Shown here piece by piece: positions 28,301-40,612 of a DNA stretch of 64,000 nt (within the stretch, counting starts at the first letter, position 1; each line of letters opens with the position of its first letter). The DNA is from Haliotis rufescens. Taxonomy: Eukaryota. Below the pieces are notes generated by a model. It was not told the DNA's origin. It saw nothing but the letters and a program-made list of their open reading frames with translations, and ran no database searches. A program made the translations under genes and the position numbers. The stretch is taken from positions 12,896,001-12,960,000 of the forward strand of contig NW_025963857.1 of NCBI RefSeq assembly GCF_023055435.1, given 5' to 3'.

Positions 28301-28506
28301 AACAGACATGTGTAGTCACTGGAGCATCAACAGACACACGTGTAGACTCTGGAGCATCAACAGACACATGTGTAGTCTCTGGGGCATCAACAGACATATA
28401 TGTAGTCACTCGAGCATCAACAGACACATGTGTAGTCTCTGGAGCACCAATAGACACACGTGAAGTCTCTGGAGCATCAACAGACACATGTGTAGTCTCT
28501 GGAGCA
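25371..28506. repeat. 30-bp minisatellite (~100 units; GGAGCATCAACAGACACATGTGTAGTCTCT)
   Basis: Clear 30-bp periodicity. A variant block recurs 543 bp apart (26998, 27541). Confidence 0.97.
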
Positions 28507-30219
28507 TGGATTTCAAAGACTTATAAAATAGTTGATAATTTTTTATTCTTTAAATTACTGAAAACATAACGTGATAAAAGGTAAAACTCAGTATACATGT
28601 ATACCACCAGCTACAAATAATACCAGCATTTTCATACATTTCATAGCATATGATACATACATGTAGTTTGCTGACAGAACAAACTTTCATAGAATATTAT
28701 TTTACATACCTATGTAAAATACATGTGCATATGAACGGGGTCTTAGATTGTGAAACAAATTTACAGTTTTGTGTATATAATGGACGATGTAATATTTAGC
28801 GATTCAGTATGCTGTTATTTCGAAACAATTATTTGTCCATATGATTTTCTTGTAAGATTCCAACAAACATTATTCTTCATGGTACTTAACTATTTTCAAT
28901 AATATTATGTTTTGTATGTTAAGAAAAAATACGATTCGCTTAAAACAAATATTCACCACTGCAGAGATACACCAACACTATCAGATGTTACTTTTAAACA
29001 CATACCTATAAACATACATAGTACTATATTCTTTACTAGGATTATACTAGACTGTACATGGAATCATTTGAAGTGGTATTTACAGCCGTGAACATATTTT
29101 CAGAAACAAAAGAAAACCACGGAAGGTGCCGAGAAGATAGGGAAACATGCCTCATAGTTGAACCGAGGGTTACTTGGAAACCAACGTCCCTGCTATAAGG
29201 AGATCTTCAAATTTGTGACAGATTTCATAGCATATGGAAATGGGTTTCTGTGCTTGTAATTAACCAATCGCCTTTTACAAGATATCATTACTTATAGTCA
29301 ACACTAGTATACAGTACACAGCAAATAAATGCTGAAGAAACAATATAACAAACAACTTTGATTAAATACGGAATCCATATTGGGGCATTAACACTGAAAA
29401 AAGAAACAACATAAACGTGTTTCGATAGATCACTAGCCTCCATCAGGGGTATCGATAATCGACGTTTTTTCGCCTGCAACGAATGCCTGTTCTCAGGACT
29501 CTCTGGTTCCACATTGGTCCATCAGAATCTCCATGATGTCGTTTGCCGTCTTCAAACACCTTTGGCGTCGACTTTATACCCCCTTGTGAAGGCATGTCTG
29601 ATGTACCAACCACTCCTGACTTGGAAGTTTCCCCAGACGATCTAACATTTACCACTATACGGATTTACACAGTGTGCACCCCGAAATTGTCGTTCCATAA
29701 ACGCAAAAGAAATGTTGAAGTCAGTTCTAAACATGGAGCAAAATTAAGTTAACTATTTGCTCCTCTCTTACGAAACCATACACATCAATTGATGATCACT
29801 GTACACTTAAGAATTCATTTTATGCAAGAAAACAAGACCTTGAAAATATAACTTGATATCAATTGACAATTATCACAACTGGCTGTATAAAAAGGCCGCA
29901 TCTTTTGAATGCTGTCGGTTCAGTCCCAGTTATAATCATCGCGAGTCTTCGCAACAGCATAACCTGCCCGATGAGGGCTCACCAGTGACCTTGAATATAT
30001 GAGATATTTCATTGATATATAATTGCGATTCGTTAAGGTATTAAGTGTCCTTGATACAAGATGAAATAATAGAAGTCAATTCAGGACACATATATAACAA
30101 AACAATACAACAGGCGTCAACGTCTCATGTCACCCATTTTGAAGGGCGACCACCCCGAACACTGACACTTCCGCAAAACACAATCAGGGATATAACAAGT
30201 TTGTCAGAAAGGATGAGAG

Positions 30220-30470
30220 TAAGTGAGTTGAGTTTAACGCCGCTTTTAACAGTATTCCAGTTATATTGCGGCGTGTCAGCTTAATGTGGGAGGAAAGCCC
30301 GAAGTGATGCAGGTCTAAGACGTTTACCACTTCGGTGAAACCCACGAACACGGGTATGGTGCTGACAAACCTAGAAACATAATTGGGGCGAACCGGGATT
30401 CGAACCCTCAATCATAGGTTTCTGGAGTGCCCAAGGGACCCAATCTGCACAGCGAATAGCGGCACTGCAG
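30220..30470 (-). mobile_element. SINE family B
   Basis: Reverse complement of 32921-33180. Confidence 0.75.
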
Positions 30471-30684
30471 ACGTAAGGTCTAAAACACAACAGTTTACTG
30501 TGATACCTGTATCAAATACATCACCATAGAATGACCATATCTTGTTTGTTTTATTCATCATCAGCCTCGGGTGAATACTCTCTTTTGTCCGACAGAGTAC
30601 ATCAGTTTGGGCTGCTGCCGCGCATCAACTGAACTCATGTTCAAAGCAGTGTATAAGCTCAGTGTTGTTTGAGCGTTTGCAACC

Positions 30685-33600
30685 CTACTGACCATCGTTT
30701 GGAGTTACAAATGGGTTCATCATATTCAAAACTTTCGAGCCAAAGGTCTTGAGCACTGAGAATACCCCAACACCTTGCGTTGAATCTGTGCCTTTCTTAA
30801 GCAATTGTCGTGCCCTGATTTTACGTGTTTCTCCGGATGTTTTGTTTCTAACTTTTGTCTGAGAGTGTTGGATTGAAGAATATGTTTGCGTACTGGAGAC
30901 AATGGACTCACAAACCAAAGTCTTTCCAGTATGGGAGCCTCGGCCTTTGTACTGTGGATTCTTGGTTTTACAGCTTCTACCTTCACCAGGCGTTTTTGTC
31001 TGACCAAGAAAGTTTGGTGGGTTCTGCTGGGTTGGTGCAGCCTTTAACATTCTCTCCAACAGTTTGGACACATTTAGTTCTGGTTTCTGGTTTACAGCAT
31101 TAGGCGTGATCACAGACGGTTTGTTTGCAAAACTGTTATCGGAAATTGATTCGGAAGACACTGGAGTCATTTTCTTGTTCTTAGTAGGGTCATTTCCACT
31201 TGTTGTTGATACTTTCTGTTCTTGATCTGAATAGACATTGCCCCTCGTTCTCTTCTCAGGCTGCATAAGCTCATATCGAGGTGTTATTTTTGTGTGTTGA
31301 GAATGTGCAGAACCGACAGTGTGTTTCTGGCCCTTCTCTGCAGAGGATGGTTCGAAACAAGGGGATCCTGTCTGTGAATGTTTCCCTAGAACCGTTGAGT
31401 GATCTCTTAATGTCTCTTTACTGGGAGATTTACATTTTCTTCTGATGCTCTGTCGTTGTAGCTTCTTTGGGGAATATTTATTTACCTGTATTGTGGTAGG
31501 ACAGGCAGGTTGGTACTCTTTAGTGACAGTTGAAAGTGTCGCATCTACTCTTTTATCTTTTCTAATGATGTTCGTTGGTACAGCATGTCCAGTCACTTTC
31601 CACATATTATCATTTTCGGTCCTGGCTTCAAATTCTGGTGACCGGGGAGAAATACCTAACTGCTGAAGCACATCATGGGTTGTCTGATTTTCATGAAAGT
31701 TTTGAAGGTTCATTGACTTATCTTCAGAAGCTCGTATTGGTTGAGATCTTTGTCCGGATGAGACGGCCAAGGCTGGTATTGTAGAAACATTGCTCAGTGA
31801 CATCTCAGTTATTTTCATATTCAAGTTCATTACTGTACTCGGCACTGTGGCTGAAGAAGATAAGGTTGTTTGACGTCGACAGATGGGAATGTCCTTGGGA
31901 CTCTTTGTCGGAAGATGCCTTGACAGTTGTCCATGTTGATCATACTTTATTTTCTTTGCATCTGTATGAAACTGTGATTTCTCTCCATCATCACAGGCAG
32001 GTCTCTTTCTCGGCATCAAGCTGAATGTAGGTGCACTATGATCATCTAATGGGCTATATCTGTCAGCATCTTCAATATGATGGCTAGGTAGGATAGATAC
32101 ATGCTGTGATTGTTCTCTATCATCTTTTGAAGTTTTGGAATCATTATTGATAACTGTCACGCCGGCATTTGTCATCGAGCAGAGAATCGGTTGTATGTCG
32201 TTAAGCATTGGTTTCTTTCCCTGCAGGTCTTTGATACATTCCAGGTAGGACCTTCCACAGTGATGGACATGTATGCTCTCATTAAGCCAGAACACTGACA
32301 CCATCTCAAGTTCCTCCTTGGTAAGATTCAGCAAGAACTTTACTATCTCCTGCTTGCCATCACCACTGAACTGTTTCCGAAGCTCCTTGATGATATTGCT
32401 TGTTGGCGAACTGACATAGACAGTTTCCCACTTGTAGGCTATCTTGTACACACCACTTGGCCTGCGCGTCGTCCGCACGATGACTGAGTATGGTACATGA
32501 CCTCTGTGCAACAGCTTGCATGGTTTCATCTGGAATAAAAAGCAGTATTTTGGTAACACCTCAATACAAGTCAGTAAGCCAGCCAGTAAAACATTATGAG
32601 TGAGTGGGTGAGTTTGGTTCAACACCGATTTGAACAGTATTCCTGTCTTATCACGGCGTGTCAGTTTGACATGGGAGGAAAGCCCGAAGTGATGCAGGTC
32701 TTGGATGTTTACGAATTTGACAATCCTAGAAACATAATCAGGAGAATCTAGATTCAAACCCACGATCATAGTTTTCTGGCACGCTTAAGGAATTTCAGCG
32801 CCTTAGGCGACTATGACATAGACAAGCGGCACATTGTTGGTGTTCATGACGAGTTGATGACGAAATGAAATCAATGGGAAATTAACTAATATTGTTCATG
32901 AAACATTCCTATTACTTCTTGGGGCACGGGTGGCCTAGTCGTCTAAGGCGCCGCGATTCGCTGTGCAGCAGAGTTGCGTCCATTGGGCACGCCAGAAACC
33001 TATGATTGTGGGTTCGAATCCCGGTTCGCCCCGATTATGTTTCTAGGTTTGTCATCACCATTCCCGAGCTTGTGGGTTTCTCCGAAGTGGTAAACGTCTG
33101 AGTCCTGCATCACTTCGGGCTTTCCTCCCACATTAAGCCGAGACGCCGCGATATAACTGTCACTCAACTCACTCACTCAGTCACTCCTATTACTTCGTTA
33201 CGCCGAAGGCCCGGTTCGATTCCCCATATGGGTCCAATGTGTGAATCCCATTTCCGTTGTTCCCCGTCGTGATATATTGCTGGAATATTGCTAAAAGTGG
33301 CGTAAAGCCATACCACTTCATTCATTAAAACTACTTACGGCAATCAAGGGTATCGACATGCGGACTGTTTTTGGCACCATAGCCTGTTTGTCTTGTTTTC
33401 TATTCAATGGCCGCTCTGTCTTCGAAGATCTCTCTGTGTCCATATCTTGTCCTTTATTAATGCACGGTGTCTGGAAGTCCTTTAAACGTTCACACTCTTG
33501 TTTGGTATTTGTTTCAGGTTGCGACGTAACGTCATCAGAAGCACTAGCTTTCAGCCCCAGTGCTGTCTCAGCAGTTCCCTGTTCGTCCTGGCAATGCAAT

Positions 33601-34034
33601 ACCCCATGTGCTGCAGGAGTCGGACAGTCATTCCTCTGTGTGTGATCTCTTGGTTTTTCTCGAGGAACAGAGCTGTTTTGAACATGTGCAACAACCTTTG
33701 TTCCCTGTTCGTCCTGGCAATGCAATACCCCATGTGCTGCAGGAGGCGGACAGTCATTCCTCTGTGTGTGATCTCTTGGTTTTTCTCGAGGAACAGAGTT
33801 GTTTCGAACATGTGCAACAACCTTTGTCTGTTGGATTGAACCGTGCAAACTCGTACGAGATGTCGAGACCTGGCTCGGTTCCTGTTCAACCAGCTCCAGA
33901 TTAGTCGGCCATGGGTGCTGGACATACACTGGTATGAAGTGTGAGTACAGCTTTATGTTGTGTGAGTTGTAGAGAGGATGCACCTGTGGCTTTCCAGAGT
34001 CATTCGTCCCAGGCAACACACCACGGTTATTCAT
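30685..34034 (-). CDS. Long GIY-YIG-like paralog 4 without Cys finger (exon 1 34034-33339, exon 2 32529-30685; ~846 aa)
   Basis: Acceptor TTTCAG| just upstream of the ATG; donor GCC|GTAAGT at 33339; acceptor TTCCAG|ATG at 32529. Exon 2 reads MKPCKLL...GVYKIAYKWETVYVS...HHCGRSYLECIKDLQGKKPMLN plus a ~500-aa S/T/K/Q/P-rich tail with an open frame. Confidence 0.8.
32921..33180 (+). mobile_element. tRNA-derived SINE family B (other copies at ~32597-32815 -, ~34072-34290 -, ~34411-34687 +)
   Basis: A box TGGCCTAGTCG(TCTAAGGCG), B box GGTTCGAATCCC and (ACTC)n tail. Confidence 0.8.
33574..33825 (-). repeat. In-frame 126-bp tandem duplication (42 aa) in paralog 4 exon 1
   Basis: TKVVAHV.N.SVPREKPRDHTQRNDCP.PAAHGVLHCQDEQG occurs twice; the units start at 33574 and 33700. 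Confidence 0.92.
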
Positions 34035-36071
34035 GACTGTGCTGAAATGGAAAGTGTACATAAATGTATTGAGCGAGTGGGTGAGTGAGTCTGCTTTAAC
34101 GCCGCTTTGAACAATATTTCAGTTATTTCATGGCGTTCCAACGAGTGGGAGTAAAGCCCAAAGTTATGCAGGTCTTAAACGTTTAGTGCAGTCCACGACC
34201 ACGGGATTCGAACAACTGATCATGAACGATACGCTTAAAAAAACCCACTACTCTGCACAGCGCATTGCAGCGCGTTGGAAGACTGGGCCGCCAATACAAT
34301 TGATACCCCATTACTTCATAACTGTAATAAAGTCACAACCTTGACTTCTATTGCTGAAAACAAGACTTGATAAACATTACATATTAACACATAATAAACA
34401 TTAATAATAATGGGGGCACGGGTGACCCAGTCGTCTTAGTCGCCACAATTCGCTGTGTAGAGTTGCGTCCCTTGGGTACGCCAGAAACCTATGATTTTGG
34501 GTTCGAATACCGGTGTGTTCAATTATGTTTCTAGTTTATCTAGCACCAAACCCATTACCGTTTGACAAAAGTGGTAAACGTCTGTGACCAGCAGCACTTC
34601 AGCCTTTCCTCCAACATTAAGCTGACACGCCCTGATATGACTGGAATATTGTTCAAAGCGGCGTTAAACCCAACTCACTGTCTCACTTAATAACAATGCT
34701 GATCGGAAATGTAATGTTTACTCCAATTATTAAAGTTTCAAAATTTCAAAAGTTAAAAAAATCTCTCTAGAATAAAGTGTGCGTGTGAAATAACGTTCAA
34801 TAACACTCGACCCACAAAAGTGTGGGTTTCAGCTGCATGCTAAGATTGCTGGCAGGGGCCGACTGTGTGTTATCAGGGTCACGGTGACATTATACAGCTT
34901 GTTTCATAACACTGAATCGCTCAGATGAATCATTCTATGATTACTCCTCCTTACATTATATATCATCCGTTCTAAATCCCTCATTCATAATTGCTGACAT
35001 TTGCTATATTCTAATTTACGACAGAATGGGGTATTATATGTTATATGTTATATATTGTTACATTATATATTAATTGGCAAAAAGGATACATAATTACCCA
35101 CCTTTAGATGTAGTGTAGTTATCAACGAAAGGACATTTAGTCAGAGTGACACTACAAGTACGCATATCCATGTACGCTACTTCTCGCTAAGCTGTTGTCA
35201 ACTAACGCTGTTGAAAACAGTTCTTAAAATGAACTAGATCGGGATTTACTCACCGCTGTTGGCTTTATCAGTGTTTTCAGCCTTCCTTACGAACAGCAAT
35301 GTCAAGGACTTTCCGATTGACGATTTGTTTGTCGGCGAAGAGTCATATCGCTCCTTGTAAAATTTAGTCACTCCACATGAATGAACTGAATGATCTTGTT
35401 TGTTTGTTTCTTTGTTTGTTTGTTTGTTGTTTCATGTCGCATTGAGTGATATTTCAGCTATATGACGGCGGTCTGTAAATAATCGAATCTGGACCAGACA
35501 ACCCTGTGATTGACATCAAAAGCATCATTCTTCGCAATTGAGATAAGATGACATGCATCTGAAAGGTCGGCGAGCTTGACCACACACTGATAGATGTCAA
35601 TGAAAAAGCACATACTGCCTAGTCAATGTACATGCTGTTTTTTTTAATAGTCGCTGATTGGTGATTAAAGAAATAGCGCCTTACTTACAGTGTGCTAGGT
35701 TTTGCAAACGGCTTCCGGCAGAGGGAGCCGCAAGCAGACGCAGACAGGTATACTACTATTCACATAGTTAAATAACGTACAGGGTTTATTTAGAAACAGG
35801 TTTTCAAGTTAAAATGCTCAGATGTCAAGAAATAGGTGGGTTAAGAAAAATTCAAAACGCTCTAAAATTTGTTGATACCCAATCAAAATCAAACCCCTGG
35901 GTAAAATACCCAAAAAACCAAAAGCCTATTTATAGCTCTGCAATTGGGATATATCAACATGTGGGACATATGTGTATCTCTCACAAACCCCGGTTCATTG
36001 TATTGTAGCATTGTATCTCAGTGGGCTAGCGCACTATTATACGACATTAATTCGAACTTGTTCAAGCAAGT

Positions 36072-36121
<50 letters not shown>

Positions 36122-36824
36122 AAGGACTGATTGTCGTTATGCAGGGCTGTTCTCGTCAGGATATGGCTGAAATACTGCCGATGTGACGTAAACTTTTAAC
36201 TCACCCACTCTTCGACCCTTATATCACAGGGTGGCTGTTGTTGACGGCATACCTCCGTTGAGGACTGATTGAATTGTCGTTATGCAGGGCTGCACTACTA
36301 AGAATGTATCACAACGGAAGAGAAAGTAGATTTCCCAGAACACTGACGCCTATATGTAGGTCAGGTGCACAGTCTTACAACCGGGTGCAGGAGACGCAGT
36401 GTGCAGACATCCTAGATTCCTATTTCAGAACCCAAATACACCCCTCACGTTCCACACAGGTAAGACATGTTTATTCAGTGTTTATGTATAATTGCTCTTA
36501 TCGTTAAAAGATGGAACTTGTTGTTACCCTGTCTGGCGCTCGGCATTAAGGGGCTAAAACAAGGACTGGTCGGCTCGGAGTAAGTATGCTGTGTCTGAGT
36601 GGGGTATTCATGTTAAACTGCGGCATGGTATCTCAGTGAGCTTGCACTATAAATCGGCATCAGTCAGGACCAGTACAACCAGCCACACACACACACACAC
36701 ACACACACACGCATGCACGTCGCTATATAAGTGCAATAATCTTGGACGCGACGTTAAACCCACCTCACCTCACTTGTTGGTATCGGCGACAGTGTGAGTG
36801 ACAGGGGTGGGAGAACGTAGATAG

Positions 36825-37199
36825 GCACTAAATGGCTCATACAAAATTGCCGAGAATGGTCGGACAATATATGTGGTCAATGCCAAAATTGCATCAATCA
36901 GAAGAGCACTGAGGAAACATTTCAAAGGAATAGACAAACAACACATAGGAACATATCTAAGCATCCTACACGAAGCATACAAAGAGGAATTTATAACAGT
37001 GTTTTGGCTTGATATTAACATTAAACATGCCTGTAATTGTAGCTACCTTAAGTGTTTTGAAAGAATGGAAGGAAGAAAGCCACTGTACAACATGCAGGGC
37101 CATGCCTTCATCGCGCGACCAAAGCGAGTCGGTTCTTGTTCTGAATCTGGCCCAGATGATCACAAAATGGATACTCATGAAATCGAAAAATCGGAGTAA
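36825..37199 (+). pseudogene. 5'-deleted GIY-YIG-like paralog 5 (exon 2 remnant only)
   Basis: Nearly identical to ~46192-46566 but joined directly to sequence homologous to ~44340. Exon 1 and the acceptor are missing, and YVG has become YVV. Confidence 0.8.
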
Positions 37200-38039
37200 A
37201 GGATACTTTGCGAACATTTTGAATTTGAAACGGGCAAATGTATTCTCATTTGCATAAGTTGTGGTTAATTACTGTTTCTTTGTCTGACCAATTTCTTTTT
37301 ATAATACTTGGTCGAGCTGAATAAAGATTTCGTCAAAAGCAAGATTAACTTCGTTATTATTGAGGTCATTATTTGATATGGCATCACCTTTACTGACATG
37401 TTTGGTTATTAATATAGCCAGTCAGCTTATCAGAGTGAGTGAGTGAATTGAGTTTAACTTCGCTTTTAGCAATATCACGGCGATAGACACCATAAATAGG
37501 CTCCACACATAGTACCTATGTGGGGAATCGAACAAAGAGCTTCAACGTGACGAGTGAACGACGGACCATTTGCAGAGATTGAAAAGATATCAATTCACAG
37601 AATAAGTGCATGTTGTTGTTTTTATGATAAGAAGTGACCAAAAAATATTACGAAAGGTAAGGGTTAAGGGTGTTGTTATTTTGTGCGGCATTGGTGAATT
37701 CGTCATGGCATTTGGATAGTAGGGTTCATTATGCATGCTGTCGTCCAATAGTTTGTCTTGATCTGGCATGATTTGGAACAGGCCACAGACCGTTATCGTC
37801 ATAACATTGCTGACTGCGGTTGAAACAGCGTTATACTCGGTTACATTTTTTAATGACAATATTGTTTGTGGTAGGTTTAAGTATTACTGTTACTTATTGT
37901 TTGTTGTTTAACTCTGCATTCAGCTCAGGAATAGTCCAGCTGCATGATGGCGGCTTCTTTTTAACCTTTTTTCTGTACGATCCCGAGTCGTGCTGTCCAA
38001 CAAATAGCCAAACTTATTGTATTTGTTCTCGTTTCAGAC

Positions 38040-39182
38040 ATGGCAAAGTTCACGGACTTCAACCGAGACAAGTACGGAGTTGTTCGGGGTAGGTGTCGAG
38101 ACTGCCCCGAGGACTGTCCTCAGTATTCCCTACCTGTCCTCAGACACAACTGTACATATTGCGGGTGTCCGGCGGGTCAGCATGAGAGGGTGGAACCTCG
38201 ACCTGAACTCATCATCAAGATTGAACCAGGGGAGGAGGGGGCAGGATCTCCGGGGCGGCCTGTTGGAAGATCACAACCTGGTCTGTCGAGAAAACAGGAC
38301 GGGCTGCCTACAGCTCAAGCCCAACCTCGTTCCTCCAGGCGAAATAAGACGCCAATTGTTTCACGAAAACATCCGGATACATCGGGAGCAGTAACCCAGG
38401 TATAATTTCAGTTTAATTAGTTCTTGAGCTTTTGAATGTTTTTAGAAGTTCTTTGTTATTCTTGATTATCTTCGTTTCATCTAACCTTATGGCTACTACT
38501 GTGTGACCACAAGTGATCGAGGGCAAACGTTATTAATTTATGTTTAATCTCAGCTGCAAACGAGGCTTTGAACATAGCACATATTTACGTCGGTTATTTG
38601 TTGTCATACTAAATGGTGTTTTCCCCAAACCCCTCCACCACAAGATATTTAGTAGTTGGTCTCTTAGACATTAGATGCTGAGTATTTATACTTAGGTTTG
38701 TGCAATTAAATATTGAGTTTGGTTGATTAAACGAATTTTCATAACTAACCTTTTTAAATTTTACTTGTATATTTCAGAAACGTTGTGAGACGTTATTTGA
38801 GGATACTGGCGTCAATGTTTCTCTTCTTAAAAGAAACCTTAGAAAAACACAACGTGGCGTGTTCACAATCCTATGGAAGGGATATATAATTTATGTTGGT
38901 GAGCCAAAGAAAACGCCCATATTATCAAGCCTCCGTAGTATCTTTGCTGGTAGAAGCAACCAAGACATCAGCACATTTTTGAAAAGTCTACCCAAAGATT
39001 TGAAAAAGAAGCACATCAGATTCGCCTGGCTGAAACGCATGGATGACGACCCACATCGCCAAACTTGTGGCAAAGGCAAGAAAAAGGTGGTCTCGTACCG
39101 ACAGTGTATTTCAAAACTGCAAGGGAAGACTCCAAAGGATATCCTCAGGTATTACATGAGTGGACAAAACATCAGGCGATAG
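38040..39182 (+). CDS. Cys-finger + GIY-YIG-like protein, paralog 6 (exon 1 38040-38399, exon 2 38778-39182; ~254 aa)
   Basis: TTTCAG|ACATGG; CRDCPEDCPQY...CTYCGCPAGQH; donor CAG|GTATAA; acceptor TTTCAG|AAA. Exon 2 reads KRCETLF...RGVFTILWKGYIIYVG...SYRQCISKLQGKTP. Phase 0. Confidence 0.85.
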
Positions 39183-40612
39183 AATCAAAATGGTTGTCGT
39201 GTTTTAACATTCATCACCACATGTGTCCGTGATCTACAACAAGGCTCGTCCACCTCAAGGGCCGCCATGCGTCTCAACGGCGCAAGCCAATCAGAAGGCA
39301 CGTCAGGATATGGGTACTACATTCAGTGTAATATCGTTTTTGTTGGTATACCAAGAGATTGACAATGTATCAAAGAAATTCAGTAATCACCTATCTCAAA
39401 ACAAATTATCTAATCACAGACACACACACAATGCTTTGACAATGATGTTTAGAGCGGCGTTAAACCAAACTCACTCACTCACTCTAACGTAACTATCATG
39501 GACTATCCCTGGTCGCCTTCAAGTGTACCAGCAACATATGCTTGTGGTAAGAGGCGACTTCGTAGATTGGTGGCATCATATGCCGAATGCGTGGCTGGGG
39601 CGTTGCTTATAATATATATCACTGGTTTGTCTGGTCCAGATTCTATTATCTATATGGTTGGGGCTAGGAATTCTCATCGTAGCTGTTAAAACGTGTTTAT
39701 ACTAAAAATACCAATCACTGGTTTATCTAGTTCAGATTAGTATTCACCGCCTTTCTGTACACAGTATGCAGTGTTTAATATGTTTTGTACTTTAGACTAG
39801 TATATGTCTGACATTTGATTTTGCACTTTGACCATGCCTTTATGTTTATACTTTAGGCGAGTATATGTTTTTTGTTATGATAAATAACAAATTTTACCAA
39901 TATGTCGACAGAAAACCAAACGTCTCAGCATAACTTGTTTTTAAAAAAGATATTTCTGTTAACCTTATATTCCAATAAAATTTGCTTATGGAGAATGCCA
40001 TCTTTATTCCTTGGGGTTTTGCTGCTGATATTACAGGAAGATAATAACTCATACCCCTGCAATGAAGAAGCCAAACATGAATGTTAATGTAAGGTGGAAC
40101 AATGTGTACTTGTCTAACTGGAGCCTCGGATGATAGAAATGCCAATACGTGAATCATCAACTCATTGGTTAATAATTATTTTTCATGATTTCCTCCACAT
40201 TATATTATCAGCAATTCTTTTTATAAGCCTGGATCTCACTGGTTCAGAAGACATCCTCCTTTCAGATCACGACCTTCACAGAAGAAATAACGTAATTTTT
40301 CCAGCAATACTTTCCGCAAGTTTAGGAAGAGTTGGAAAACTGACGGGCCAAATCTGGTGAAAACGATCTGTCCTGCATTGTCCTGGTGGAACCAGACACT
40401 TCTAGTGAGTTTTCTACAATGACGACGTTTTCCTTGCCATTCACACGCAGTTACCTGTGCAGATGAGCATAATATAGGCCTTTAATAGTCTGACCTTTCG
40501 GGAGATACTCCATCAGTTTGACTCCTTTGGAAAACCAGAAAAATGAAGTCATCATGGTCACCTTGCCAGCTGATGGAACAGGCTTTGCCATTTTCGTCGG
40601 AGGAGACGTCAG

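Noticed and set aside
25201-28487. Long mucin-like and Cys/Trp-repeat ORFs (up to 594 aa) on both strands
   Set aside because: By-product of a 30-bp tandem repeat: several frames are open at once, there are internal frameshifts, and there is no signal peptide or splice context.
32530-32769. N-terminal 80 aa of the 694-aa ORF
   Set aside because: Intronic SINE B sequence upstream of the TTCCAG acceptor at 32529.
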